Origin: Oculatellaceae cyanobacterium bins.114
GTDB lineage: Bacteria > Cyanobacteriota > Cyanobacteriia > Elainellales > Elainellaceae
Assembly: GCA_033764315.1 (NCBI GenBank)
Contig: JANRJA010000203.1
Span: forward strand, 1-64,000
Reading direction: 5' to 3'
DNA length: 64,000 bases
The translations under genes were made by a program, and so were the position numbers. Position 1 is the stretch's first letter. The number at the start of each line of letters is the position of its first letter. Under the pieces are notes generated by a model, which searched no databases, was not told the DNA's origin, and worked only from the letters and a program-made list of their open reading frames with translations. This document shows, in pieces, positions 28,991-39,004 of the stretch.

Positions 28991-31966
28991 TTACATCTGA
29001 GATTCTTGTTGTTGGTATAGACAGTAGTAGCGTCCCTTGAGTGCCATCAGCTCATCGTGGGTGCCCTGTTCAACAACAGAACCCTTATCCATTAAAACAA
29101 TCTGGTCGGCGTTGCGGATAGTGCTGAGACGGTGAGTGATAAAGAAGACGGTACGACCCTGAAAAGCATCTGCCAGATTGAGACAGACTCGACGTTCCGA
29201 ATCATAGTCTAGCGCACTCGTCGCCTCGTCTAAGATCAACAGTCCCGGGTTTTGAAGCACCGTACGAGCGATCGCAATCCGTTGTCGTTGTCCCCCTGAC
29301 AGGGCAGAGCCTCGTTCTCCCACGCGGGTATTGTATCCATTGGGCAAACTCATGATGAAATCATGGGCGGCGGCGACTTCTGCGGCACGAATAATGTCAT
29401 CAGACGAAGCATCCGGGCAGTTTAAGGCAATGTTTTCTTGAACTGAGCCTTCAAACAACAGGGTGTCCTGTGGCACAATCCCAATCTGTTGACGCAGCGA
29501 GTAGAGTTCTACCTTGCTAATATCATAACCGTCGATCAAGATACGACCCGATTCCAGATCATACAAACGAGGCAGCAATTTCATCAACGTACTCTTACCA
29601 GAACCACTCTGTCCGACAATGCCCACAAACATGCCTGCCGGAAACTCTAGGCTGACATTGTTGAGCTGTAGTGGCCCTGTTGTGCCAAAGCGAAACGAGA
29701 CACTGTCATAGGTCACTGCCCCTTGAATCGAAGGCATAGGAATGTTGTAGCGATCGACTTCGTCTGCTTCGGGTGCCGCATCCACAATGTCACTGAGGCG
29801 TTCGATTGATAGCCCAACTTCCTGAAAGTTTTGCCACAACTGCGCCAACCGCAATAGCGGGCTAGTCACATAGCCTGCAATGATGCGAAACGCGATTAAC
29901 TGCCCCAGGGTCAAATTGCCTTTGAGCACCAGATAGGCTCCCACCCAGAGCACCAGCAAGCCAGACAACTGGTTGAGGAAGTTGCTCGTAGAACTGGCGG
30001 TAGTTGACGTCAAGACCGTTTGGAAGCCAGCACTGACATAGCGAGCATAGCGTTGTTGCCATTGCCAGCGGGCGCGTAGTTCCATGTTTTGAGCCTTAAC
30101 GGTTTGAATCCCTGAAACAACCTCGACTAAATAAGACTGAGTTTCAGCGTTCCGCTCTGCTTTGGTGCGAAGCTGATTGCGAATCAACGGAGAGGCGATC
30201 GCCGCCAATATCACAAAGAAAGGAATCGTCACCAACGATACGAGGGTCAAAATCCAACTGTAGATGAACATGACCACGATATAGATCACCGAGAACACGG
30301 CATCTAATACCACCGTTAAAGCAGTCCCCGTCAGAAATTGACGAATGTTTTCTAACTCGTTAATCCGAGTTGCCAGTTCACCGACCGGTCGCCGCTCAAA
30401 ATAACGCAAGGGCAAGCGCAACAGGTGATCAATAATCTCTGACCCCAGTGCCATATCGATGCGGTTGGTCGTATCCACAAAGAGATACGTTCGCAAACTG
30501 GTGAGAATCGCCTCAAAAATCGCCAGCACCAGCAGGAAAACCCCTAGAACTTGCAGTGTGTCTACACTCTCCTGCACGATTACCTTGTCAATAATCACCT
30601 GAATCATCAGTGGGTTTGCCAAAGCAAACAACTGCACAAAGAACGAGGCAATAAAGACCTCCCACAACACCCGCTGATGCTTCTTAATGGAGGGCAGGAA
30701 CCACTCTAAGCCAAACCGCTTTTGGGGGGTTTGCTGAGTCGGCTTCAGCAAGAGGACTTCCCCTTGCTCTCCCCAAGTTTCAACAAACTCAGCGGGCTTC
30801 CGCCGAACGATCCCCATATCAGGCACGGCAACTACCAGTTCTCGTTCACTCACTTCATATAGCAGAACGACTGTATCTTGCCATTTCAACAGGGCCGGTG
30901 CCTCTAACCGACCAATCGCATTGGCAGGCACCATCACTAATTGAGCATTTAAGCCCATCAATTCTGAGACTGCGCCACACAGTTCGAGCGACATACTCCC
31001 TGTTCGCTGGCTCTGGCTAACCAGGATGCGTTGCACCACATCTCGTCGGAAGGGAATATTGAGATGCTGACACAGCATTTGGAAACACGCTAATGCTCCG
31101 TCGATCGGCCCTGTACCCCGAATGAACGGATAGTTTTGAGTTGTGGTTTTGCCAGTCGTAGAGCGAATTTGGGGATCAGCCTCAGAAGGGCGATCGGGGG
31201 CATAGGGAATATCAACTTCGGCAGGAGTTGTGGCGACTGCTGGCTCTGCAATCGTCGTTGCCATCGGTTGCAAGATGGTTTTAGGAATCCCCAAAATACG
31301 GGCGGGTTCTGACCCAGTCACCTCTAATTGAGAAACCGCTTCGACTTTAATCGAGCTACCTACCTCAAACTGCTCGATCGCCCCACCTCCACTCACTAAC
31401 CAGAGACGATTAGACTCTAACGGAGTCGTCGGAGTGCTACCGGGTGGCAAGTTGCAAATCACAGCATCAGCTTGGGCTTGTAATGCTAAATCTTTAAGGA
31501 CTACATCTCCGATCGCTTGTCGATGAATCTCAGCCCCTAATAAGTCAAACACTTCAATCAGAGAACACTGACTACGAAACACCGCTGCCATTTCTGGCTC
31601 ACGTTCTAGCAATGCTAGAAAGTCAGTAGCAGATAGCACTAAAGAAATTGTTTCAATCGAGGCGATCGCCGTTTCACAGGGCACCCCACGCACCAACCCA
31701 ACCCAACCCAAAATCGCACCCGGTTGTGCCAAGCCCAGCGTAACAGGTCGCTGTGTCCGAGGATCGTACCCCAATTGCCGTGCCTGCCCCTCATAAATAA
31801 TATTGAGCTGAGCTGGCATCTTGTCTCGCACTAACATTGCCTGCCCCATGCGATAGCGCAGCAATTGCAACTGTTCTGCTAATGCAGCCAGTGCATCCGC
31901 AGAGAGCAGATCAAACGGGGGCACCGTAGCCAAAAATTCTAAGACAGTGGTTTTGGTATAAGTCAT
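28991..31966 (-). CDS. type I secretion ABC transporter (cNMP-like + C39-like + TMD + NBD; HlyB family)
   Basis: GQSGSGKST, LSGGQRQRIAIAR, ILDEATSALD and ITHRL; N-terminal cNMP-like region. Confidence 0.95.
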   Translation of the reverse strand: MTYTKTTVLEFLATVPPFDLLSADALAALAEQLQLLRYRMGQAMLVRDKMPAQLNIIYEGQARQLGYDPRTQRPVTLGLAQPGAILGWVGLVRGVPCETAIASIETISLVLSATDFLALLEREPEMAAVFRSQCSLIEVFDLLGAEIHRQAIGDVVLKDLALQAQADAVICNLPPGSTPTTPLESNRLWLVSGGGAIEQFEVGSSIKVEAVSQLEVTGSEPARILGIPKTILQPMATTIAEPAVATTPAEVDIPYAPDRPSEADPQIRSTTGKTTTQNYPFIRGTGPIDGALACFQMLCQHLNIPFRRDVVQRILVSQSQRTGSMSLELCGAVSELMGLNAQLVMVPANAIGRLEAPALLKWQDTVVLLYEVSERELVVAVPDMGIVRRKPAEFVETWGEQGEVLLLKPTQQTPQKRFGLEWFLPSIKKHQRVLWEVFIASFFVQLFALANPLMIQVIIDKVIVQESVDTLQVLGVFLLVLAIFEAILTSLRTYLFVDTTNRIDMALGSEIIDHLLRLPLRYFERRPVGELATRINELENIRQFLTGTALTVVLDAVFSVIYIVVMFIYSWILTLVSLVTIPFFVILAAIASPLIRNQLRTKAERNAETQSYLVEVVSGIQTVKAQNMELRARWQWQQRYARYVSAGFQTVLTSTTASSTSNFLNQLSGLLVLWVGAYLVLKGNLTLGQLIAFRIIAGYVTSPLLRLAQLWQNFQEVGLSIERLSDIVDAAPEADEVDRYNIPMPSIQGAVTYDSVSFRFGTTGPLQLNNVSLEFPAGMFVGIVGQSGSGKSTLMKLLPRLYDLESGRILIDGYDISKVELYSLRQQIGIVPQDTLLFEGSVQENIALNCPDASSDDIIRAAEVAAAHDFIMSLPNGYNTRVGERGSALSGGQRQRIAIARTVLQNPGLLILDEATSALDYDSERRVCLNLADAFQGRTVFFITHRLSTIRNADQIVLMDKGSVVEQGTHDELMALKGRYYCLYQQQESQM

Positions 31967-32715
31967 GGGGCAGTCGAAGCCGAGGAGGTATTAGAAGGAA
32001 TGAGATTAATCTGACCGAGTTGTTCTTGCAGCCACGTGTTAAACAGCTCATTTAGCAAACGTCGCCGCATAGCGTCATCTAACTGAGCTGGAATGAATCG
32101 CTCTAGTCGCACAATTACCAGCCACTCACCAACACGAGTCGGTGCCCACAACTGGCCAGGTTGACTGATAGAGAGCATTTGCGCCAGAGTCGGATTGGGC
32201 ACACTCAATTCAACAGGACCAATTAAACCATCGGTTTGTGCCTCTGGCCCTTGTGAATACGTGCGCGCCAACTCCGCAAAGGATTGTTCCCCTTCCAGCA
32301 CTCGAAAATACACTTCTTGAGCAATCCCTAAATCTTGCGTCCGAATTAATGAATAGATAACGCGATCGAGTTGAGATTTGCGATTGAGGAAATAGGACTC
32401 TAGCTTGGGGCCCCACGTTGATTGCTTAAATTTTTCAATCTTGACCTCACGCATGGCACGCGCCTCAAGCTGAGTGGCAGTCATGCCATGTTGTTGCAAC
32501 CAGGCTCTACGGCTCTCTTCTGACGCCAAACCATGTTGAGCATAGAACTGTTGACAGGCCGCCTCTTTCTCTTCAGAGGTACATTCTATGGTGGCGATCG
32601 CCTGATCAATCAAGATCTCTTGTAGCAGTTGAGGCAGCATTTGATAGCTCGCTAATAGCGGAATAACCTCTTCTGCTAAAATCTGACGATTTCCAACCTG
32701 TAAAACGACAGTCAT
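31963..32715 (-). CDS. parvulin/PpiC-type peptidylprolyl isomerase associated with T1SS
   Basis: YSLIR, SFAELARTYSQG and GLIGP; ATGA overlap with the ABC transporter gene. Confidence 0.88.
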   Translation of the reverse strand: MTVVLQVGNRQILAEEVIPLLASYQMLPQLLQEILIDQAIATIECTSEEKEAACQQFYAQHGLASEESRRAWLQQHGMTATQLEARAMREVKIEKFKQSTWGPKLESYFLNRKSQLDRVIYSLIRTQDLGIAQEVYFRVLEGEQSFAELARTYSQGPEAQTDGLIGPVELSVPNPTLAQMLSISQPGQLWAPTRVGEWLVIVRLERFIPAQLDDAMRRRLLNELFNTWLQEQLGQINLIPSNTSSASTAP

Positions 32716-32786
32716 TTAGGTTAATCTCTTGCACTTCATTAACGATCTACTTCTTTTAATCTCAGGCTGAACTGAGCCAACCTACC

Positions 32787-32824
32787 CTTTATTTATCTCA
32801 TTTCACTTTATTTATCTCATTTGA
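32787..32824. repeat. 19-bp tandem duplication upstream of the T1SS operon
   Basis: CTTTATTTATCTCATTTCA / CTTTATTTATCTCATTTGA. Confidence 0.7.
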
Positions 32825-34276
32825 AGATTAAGATGAACACTCATAATCTAAATTTTTCAGTATGGTATGTAACTTTTATGAGTAAGCATACTAAGAAGAC
32901 GACCTAAATGATCGTCCACTTTAGGTTAACTTCTGCTTATAACAGTGTCTTGATGAGATTGATATTTAGCAACGCTTTGTTACATCCAAGGCACTTCCAA
33001 TCCAACTAATCGCCCTCAGAGAAGGTCTGAGAAATTCTTGGCAGTTAAAACCGCGACTACAAAAACAAAGTCCGCCCTAAACCCTTGAATTCTCAAGAAG
33101 GTAGTAGTTGACAGCCATTCTAGTCTGTCTGCGATCTAGAGCACCCTAGTAGACATCTGGTAAACATTATGTCTCGAATCCGCCGTAGAGCAACTTGACG
33201 CCAGTGCGGCTCCCTTAAAAAAAGGGGTTTTATCTGCACCACCCCAGGCTTTTCTATAAAAAGAGACTTCTAAAAAATAAATTGGGTTCAATTTTCTATC
33301 TTGACCCTACATATATACGCATAGCCATACGTATATACCTACATTAAGCCGAAGTTCCTCTCGTCTGATGAATTTCAGCTTAATTCTACGAATGAGGCAA
33401 AACCCTTACTTGCCAAGAGTTACCCGTAATTTATACACCTGTTCTATCTGGAGGTTGTGCTGAGTTATGAATTGAACAGTTAAGAGATGATCATCACAGT
33501 CATGAGTAAAACTACACCTCAACAAACACTTTTCCTTAACATTAATCCCACTTGTGATCAAACACTCCGGAATGAGTCGTAAGTCTTGGGAATTAGGGAA
33601 GATCCTCCCCTGAGGGATAAAGCTCAACTGAGAGATTTTTCTAATGTCAATTAGTTTACTTTTCTACCCATTGATAGATTAAGAATTTGTTTGCTCTACC
33701 TCTATAGGATGCTACTAAACCCCAAGACTGCTGTAGTAGACTCTAGTCAAGTCAGCCAACCTGGTTGAAATAGTAATGGAAAGAAAGAGGCAAGCCGTTC
33801 ACATTCGTTTGCATTTGGTGATCCAAACAGAGATTTTTGTAAATATCGACACCTTATTCAGGTTGTTGGGCCACTCGCTAGATCTCAATATCATCTCTTT
33901 TTTTCCTTCAAGACATTGAGACTCTTTCTACCGTAGCCTTTGGGCTGATTTTGTAGTTTAGACAACCACGAAAACCTTCTTATGAGATAGCTTGAGGGGG
34001 AGCTGAAGTGGTTTATCAAGGCGATCGCCTTTGTCAAAATCGTTTTGTGGTGTCTCACACCCATCTACCTAAATGCATCTAGATGGGTAAAATCTATCTT
34101 TTATCTCCAATTACTTGAATCTCTTGGATCAACCGAGTAAAGTTATCAAAACTATAGCGACCCTACTCTTAGAAACTAGTTAGCAAAATTAAAGGAATAC
34201 TCCAGGTACTTTCATAACAATTTTTTCAATTTTTGATATTGACAAAACCGATCATAGCTAGGATAACCATCTTCAT

Positions 34277-35521
34277 ATGACAGCAATATTCAATCATCAC
34301 TCTGGGCAAGCAATGGAAAACTCTACGATGGATTCGACCGATACCTTGCAGTTTGAAACTGCTTTTGAGGATGACTTTTTTAATACCCTTGATACCAAGG
34401 AATTAGACACAGATGATGTCGAAGACATTCCTATTGATGTAATAGAGGATGTCATCAAAGATGTTGAACCAGAGACAGAAGACAGCTTGTCTGCATTTGC
34501 TGCTGATGATCAAGCCGATGAAGATGTAGAAGCGGTCATCGCTGAGCATTTTCCGGGATATCGAAAGACTATTTCTGATGACGCAGTTGGCGCGTTCTTT
34601 AAAGAAATGGCGCGTTATCCTTTGCTCAAGGCAGATGAGGAAATTGAGCTAGCTCGACGGGTCAAATTTTTAATTGAAATTGAGGAGTTGCGCGATCGCC
34701 TCCAGACTGAGCTAGACCATAACCCTTCTAAAGCAGAGATTGCCGCTGCTTTAGAACTCAACGAACGTCAGCTCGAACATCGCCTTTATCGCAGTCGCAT
34801 GGCAAAGCGCAAAATGATTCGGTCAAACCTGCGCCTGGTCGTGTCGATCGCCAAGCGATATCTTAATCGGGGTGTTCCTTTCCTAGATCTAATTCAGGAA
34901 GGTGCTTTAGGCCTCAACCGAGCAACCGAAAAGTTTGACCCCGACAAGGGATACAAATTCTCAACCTATGCCTACTGGTGGATTCGGCAGGGCATTACTC
35001 GGACGATCGCCAACGATGCTCGCACTATTCGCCTGCCGATTCACATTGTTGAGAAGCTGAATAAGCTCAAGAAATCTCACCGAGAACTACGAAAAGAGCT
35101 GAATCGCAACCCAACTGAGGCCGAGTTAGCTGCTGCTCTTGATCTCACCCCTGACCAACTGCGCAATCTACAACAAGTGCGGCGGCGATCGCTCTCGCTT
35201 AACCATCGGGTCGGCAAAGGTGAAGACACTGAACTGATGGAATTGTTGGAAGACAGTAGCACGCTCTCTCCGGAAGCGCAGATGAGCGAAACTATGATGC
35301 GCCAAGAAATTCACAGCATCTTAGGAGATGTGTTGACCGAACGGGAGAAGGACATTATTTCATTGCGTTATGGATTAACCACCGGGGAACCTCATACCCT
35401 CGAAGAAGTGGGGGGTTTGTTTAATCTCTCTCGCGAACGGGTACGTCAGATTCAAACAAAAGCGATGCGGAAGTTGCGCCGTCCTCAAGTGGCAGCACGA
35501 CTCAAAAGTTGGTTGAGATAG
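34277..35521 (+). CDS. sigE: group 2 sigma-70 factor, SigE type
   Basis: DAVGAFFKEMARYPLL (region 1.2, SigE-like), NLRLVVSIAK, DLIQEG, KFSTYAYWWIRQ and LSRERVRQI; acidic N-terminus. Confidence 0.8.
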   Translation: MTAIFNHHSGQAMENSTMDSTDTLQFETAFEDDFFNTLDTKELDTDDVEDIPIDVIEDVIKDVEPETEDSLSAFAADDQADEDVEAVIAEHFPGYRKTISDDAVGAFFKEMARYPLLKADEEIELARRVKFLIEIEELRDRLQTELDHNPSKAEIAAALELNERQLEHRLYRSRMAKRKMIRSNLRLVVSIAKRYLNRGVPFLDLIQEGALGLNRATEKFDPDKGYKFSTYAYWWIRQGITRTIANDARTIRLPIHIVEKLNKLKKSHRELRKELNRNPTEAELAAALDLTPDQLRNLQQVRRRSLSLNHRVGKGEDTELMELLEDSSTLSPEAQMSETMMRQEIHSILGDVLTEREKDIISLRYGLTTGEPHTLEEVGGLFNLSRERVRQIQTKAMRKLRRPQVAARLKSWLR

Positions 35522-35592
35522 CGTCAGCCGCTCCCTTAGTTCAAGCATTGGGTTCTCCGTGATACTGTCAAAGCAGTGTTACTTCGTTTTTT

Positions 35593-36111
35593 ATGCCTGA
35601 TTCTGCAACTTTCTCGACTTCAGCACTAACGATTCGTCCTGCCACAGCCGCCGATGCCGCTGTTCTATTTCAACTGATTCAAGCTTTAGCAGACTATGAG
35701 AAGTTATCTCACGCTGTCACAGGCAGTGTTGCAGCACTTGCCAGGGATTTGTCAGGCGATCGCCCCGCTTGTGAGGCGATTTTGGTAGAACATGACCACA
35801 CACCTATTGGATTTGCATTATTTTTTGCCAATTACTCCACATTTTTAACCAAACCTGGCATTTATTTAGAAGATTTATTTGTATTGCCAGAGTATCGAGG
35901 ACAGGGCGTTGGCAAAACCTTGTTGTCTTACCTGGCACAATTGGCGCAACAGCGAGACTGTGGACGCTTGGAGTGGAGCGTCTTGGACTGGAACGAACCT
36001 GCGATCGCCTTTTATCGGCGGATGGGAGCCACCTTGCTAGAAGAGTGGCGGATCTGTCGGGTAACGGGTGATGCGATCGCAGTTTTAGCGAATTTGCAAC
36101 CTCCTGCTTGA
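35593..36111 (+). CDS. GNAT N-acetyltransferase (SSAT/PaiA-like)
   Basis: YSTF, IYLEDLFV, YRGQGVG and LEWSVLDWNEPAI.FY. Confidence 0.92.
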   Translation: MPDSATFSTSALTIRPATAADAAVLFQLIQALADYEKLSHAVTGSVAALARDLSGDRPACEAILVEHDHTPIGFALFFANYSTFLTKPGIYLEDLFVLPEYRGQGVGKTLLSYLAQLAQQRDCGRLEWSVLDWNEPAIAFYRRMGATLLEEWRICRVTGDAIAVLANLQPPA

Positions 36112-36193
36112 AAAATCTTCACTGCAGAGCCTGAAAGAGAGCGATAAAATCTAAGACATAAACCCAGATCATTCTTAATTAAGGTTGAGTCGC

Positions 36194-36403
36194 ATGAAAA
36201 CCATTTGGGTCAACGAGCAAATTGATCCCTCTGGGATTATCTACTCCTGTATTGCCTCCTGCAACGAAAATGAAGCTCAAGAATGTCATACGTCGTTTCA
36301 ACAAAATCTGACCCCAGACCAAAAAGCAGCAGGTTGGATTGCCCGCATTCGTACTGTTGAGTCGTGGGATCTGGTTCCCGCCAATGCACTTAAACTCGAT
36401 TAA
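36194..36403 (+). CDS. small conserved cyanobacterial hypothetical protein
   Basis: MKTIWVNEQIDPSG..Y.CIA.C.E..A.ECH pattern; clean ORF between genes. Confidence 0.7.
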   Translation: MKTIWVNEQIDPSGIIYSCIASCNENEAQECHTSFQQNLTPDQKAAGWIARIRTVESWDLVPANALKLD

Positions 36404-36466
36404 CTCTGCCACTCAGCTTGGAATGTTATACCGTTTCTATGTGAGCTTGCACTCAATCAATGTGAA

Positions 36467-36488
36467 ACAAGGGGCTTAATCCCCTTGT
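36467..36488. terminator. hairpin between convergent genes (terminator or REP-like)
   Basis: ACAAGGGG-CTTAAT-CCCCTTGT. Confidence 0.6.
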
Positions 36489-36528
36489 CTAGTGCAGATT
36501 CATGTTGGATGCATCATTAAATGCATCC

Positions 36529-37221
36529 CTAGCGGTGGCGACGATATCGAATATCCATAATCTCGGCTAAACCTGCATCTTCCCAATCCAGAGGAGTGCT
36601 TTCATCAGCTGGCACAACTGTCACCACGGGTTGCTCAGATTCAAGAGATGGCTCTGTTGAGGGAGTCGAGACCGCGGCAGGCAAAGCATTCATAGCATGA
36701 GATGTAGGCAAAGCAGGAAACGTCATAGCTGCGACATCAAGCTGTTCAGGCGGGTCGATCTCAGCAGATGAAGCCCTTGCACCAGAATGTGTTTTGAGCG
36801 ATCGCGACTCATAGCGGAGTTGTTTAAATCGTTGAGAGATCAGGAATGAACCCGCCACACAACTCAAGGCGATCGTCCCTAGTGCCCACAGGGGTAGAGT
36901 TTTAGGATTAGAATCAACCGCAATATCAGGCTGAGAGCTATCAGTGCTATTGGGGTGATCTTGTTTTGACAATTCAGGACTCATCAGACTGGTCATGGCA
37001 ATTCCCATGATCAGCAACAAGAGCACCCAAATGCCACTCCAAAACACAAGAGGGTGCTGCCAGAGCAACTGCACCCACGACAGCAAGTTGATGGTGTTTG
37101 GTGCAGAATTTTTAACCCAAGGTTCATCAACAGGTGTGGATGACTCCAATGGTTGAGCTGGCTGACCTGCCCATGCATCACTCTCAGGAGAGGATTGCTG
37201 AAACCTCTGATCGCTATCCAT
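36529..37221 (-). CDS. hypothetical membrane protein with two TM helices
   Basis: two hydrophobic segments; conserved-looking tail VTVVP.DE..PLDW...LAE.MDIR. Confidence 0.75.
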   Translation of the reverse strand: MDSDQRFQQSSPESDAWAGQPAQPLESSTPVDEPWVKNSAPNTINLLSWVQLLWQHPLVFWSGIWVLLLLIMGIAMTSLMSPELSKQDHPNSTDSSQPDIAVDSNPKTLPLWALGTIALSCVAGSFLISQRFKQLRYESRSLKTHSGARASSAEIDPPEQLDVAAMTFPALPTSHAMNALPAAVSTPSTEPSLESEQPVVTVVPADESTPLDWEDAGLAEIMDIRYRRHR

Positions 37222-37578
37222 ATTGCCCTACGGTAGCTGCTAAATAAAAGATTTGATTTGTATTGTAGAACATTTGTTCGGAAGCTCCCACTTTTCCTTA
37301 TTGAGGAAAATTTTAAGGAATAGGACCGCGTAGAACTGTCAAGACAGGTGATACAGGGAGGTGTAAAGCTTCGCCTCATCCTGGTTGCTATAGCCCTACA
37401 ACGCTCTATTCACGCTCTGTTCATTGGTTTGAGGGGTATGAATAGGACGTTTGAGTCAAGTGTAATAGCATCTCAGTAAATTCACCTAGGTAATAACGCT
37501 GAACCTTAAACTAGAAAACTTACCGTTCATATTTCGGCCTTTGCGAGACTATAACTGGTTTATTGAGAAGAATTAAGC

Positions 37579-37845
37579 GTGGGACGGTCAATGATGCCGC
37601 TTGTCATTCAGGAAGAGTCGGTGCGGACATTTAATTTTTATCTCAATGGTTCTGTTTGGCAAGGCATGGTTTGCCAAAACAAGCTTTATAAGTTAGTGTC
37701 CTCATTTGAGCCAAATGACTGCCCTAAAGCCTATGCGTTAGGTTGGAGCTTGGGCTGTGGCGGAACCCCTGCCGTTATCACTCTGGCAAATCAAGGTTAT
37801 GGGGTGTGGATTGATTTGAGATCGCACTCTCAAGCCAGTTTCTAA
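37579..37845 (+). CDS. small hypothetical protein
   Basis: F.FY..G....GM....KLY.L and VIT....Y.VWIDLR pattern recalled from cyanobacterial hypothetical proteins. Confidence 0.65.
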   Translation: MGRSMMPLVIQEESVRTFNFYLNGSVWQGMVCQNKLYKLVSSFEPNDCPKAYALGWSLGCGGTPAVITLANQGYGVWIDLRSHSQASF

Positions 37846-37996
37846 AAGTTCTAAAAATTACGCGATGTGCAACTTAGAGGTTTAGATCCTCGGTTACTTG
37901 TTCAGCATTCTCACAGTAATCTGATTTGCGTCACAGCAATCAACGATCTGAGGAAAGTCGCACACGAGGTAAAAAGTAGTTTTCTAAAGAACGCTA

Positions 37997-38617
37997 TCAA
38001 ACGCTCCCTTCTCCCAATACTCCGTTGAGAAAAATATCGGCAATCCCTTCTGCCATTTCCTGCATTTCTTGCGGAGACGAATTTTCAGCCATCACCGTAT
38101 CACGACTAAAGCCTGCTACTGCAAACATTCCCAAAAATACCTGGGCAACAATGCGCGGATTCATACGGCGATAAACACCCTGATCCATCGCTGTTTGAAA
38201 GAAAGCCTCTGCAACATCGGTCATTTTGGCGATCACTTCTGCTTGAATGCGATCGCGCAACTCAGGATGAAATTGAGCTTCCATGAAGCACACCCGCAAC
38301 ATATCAGCATTGCGGTGCAGATTTAACATACGCTTTCGCATCACTTGAGCGATCGCTTTATAGCTACCCATCTCACTCAGTTCAGTGAGCAGATCGGTCA
38401 AAATTTCAATCCACCCTTGAGTCGCTACTTCTACTAAAATTGCCTTTTTGTTTTCAAAGTGGCGAAACAACGTGCCCTCAGCGACTCCTGCCGCTTCTGC
38501 AAGATCACGTGTCGTCGTGCCATCATAGCCACGACGAGCAAATAACCGCTGTGCTGCTTGAAGAATCCGAGTTCGAGTCTCCACCTCAGGTTGGGGTGGA
38601 CGTTGAAAGATCTGCAT
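37997..38617 (-). CDS. TetR/AcrR family transcriptional regulator
   Basis: ILQAAQRLFARRGYDGTTTRDLAEAAGVAEGTLFRHFENK. Confidence 0.95.
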   Translation of the reverse strand: MQIFQRPPQPEVETRTRILQAAQRLFARRGYDGTTTRDLAEAAGVAEGTLFRHFENKKAILVEVATQGWIEILTDLLTELSEMGSYKAIAQVMRKRMLNLHRNADMLRVCFMEAQFHPELRDRIQAEVIAKMTDVAEAFFQTAMDQGVYRRMNPRIVAQVFLGMFAVAGFSRDTVMAENSSPQEMQEMAEGIADIFLNGVLGEGSV

Positions 38618-38842
38618 CGCGGTAGCCAAGTGTGACAGACATCTGCATCGATCATTGTCGATCGGTTGTTTAAAACTGCGGCAGAAGATTTATACAACAT
38701 TACGTTTGTTTAGAAATCTAGATTAAGGTTTGTGAGTAGAGAGAGGCTGAGGTTTGAATTTTGAGTTTTGAACTTTGAATTGTGAATTAGAGGTCGAGAG
38801 CGATTAGAAATTGGCCATCGACTGTTATCTCAACACCCCGGC

Positions 38843-38996
38843 CTCAAACCTCAAACCTCAAACCTCAAACCTCAAAACCCAAAACCCAAAACTCAAAACT
38901 CAAAACCCAAAACTCAAAACCCAAAACTCAAAACCCAAAACTCAAAACTCAAAACCCAAAACTCAAAACCCAAAACTCAAAACCCAAAACCCAAAA
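38843..38996. repeat. heptamer short tandem repeat (STRR-like), 22 units
   Basis: CTCAAAC x4 then C(T/C)CAAAA x18; degenerate inverted copies (TTTTGAG-like) at about 38752-38788. Confidence 0.95.
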
Positions 38997-39004
38997 CCTC
39001 CTAC

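Noticed and set aside
32716-34276. NtcA site upstream of the sigma factor
   Set aside because: I found only imperfect matches (for example GTA-N8-CAC near 33839), which are expected by chance in AT-rich DNA
38843-38996. Possible CRISPR array
   Set aside because: The 7-bp units are contiguous with no unique spacers, and no cas genes are present
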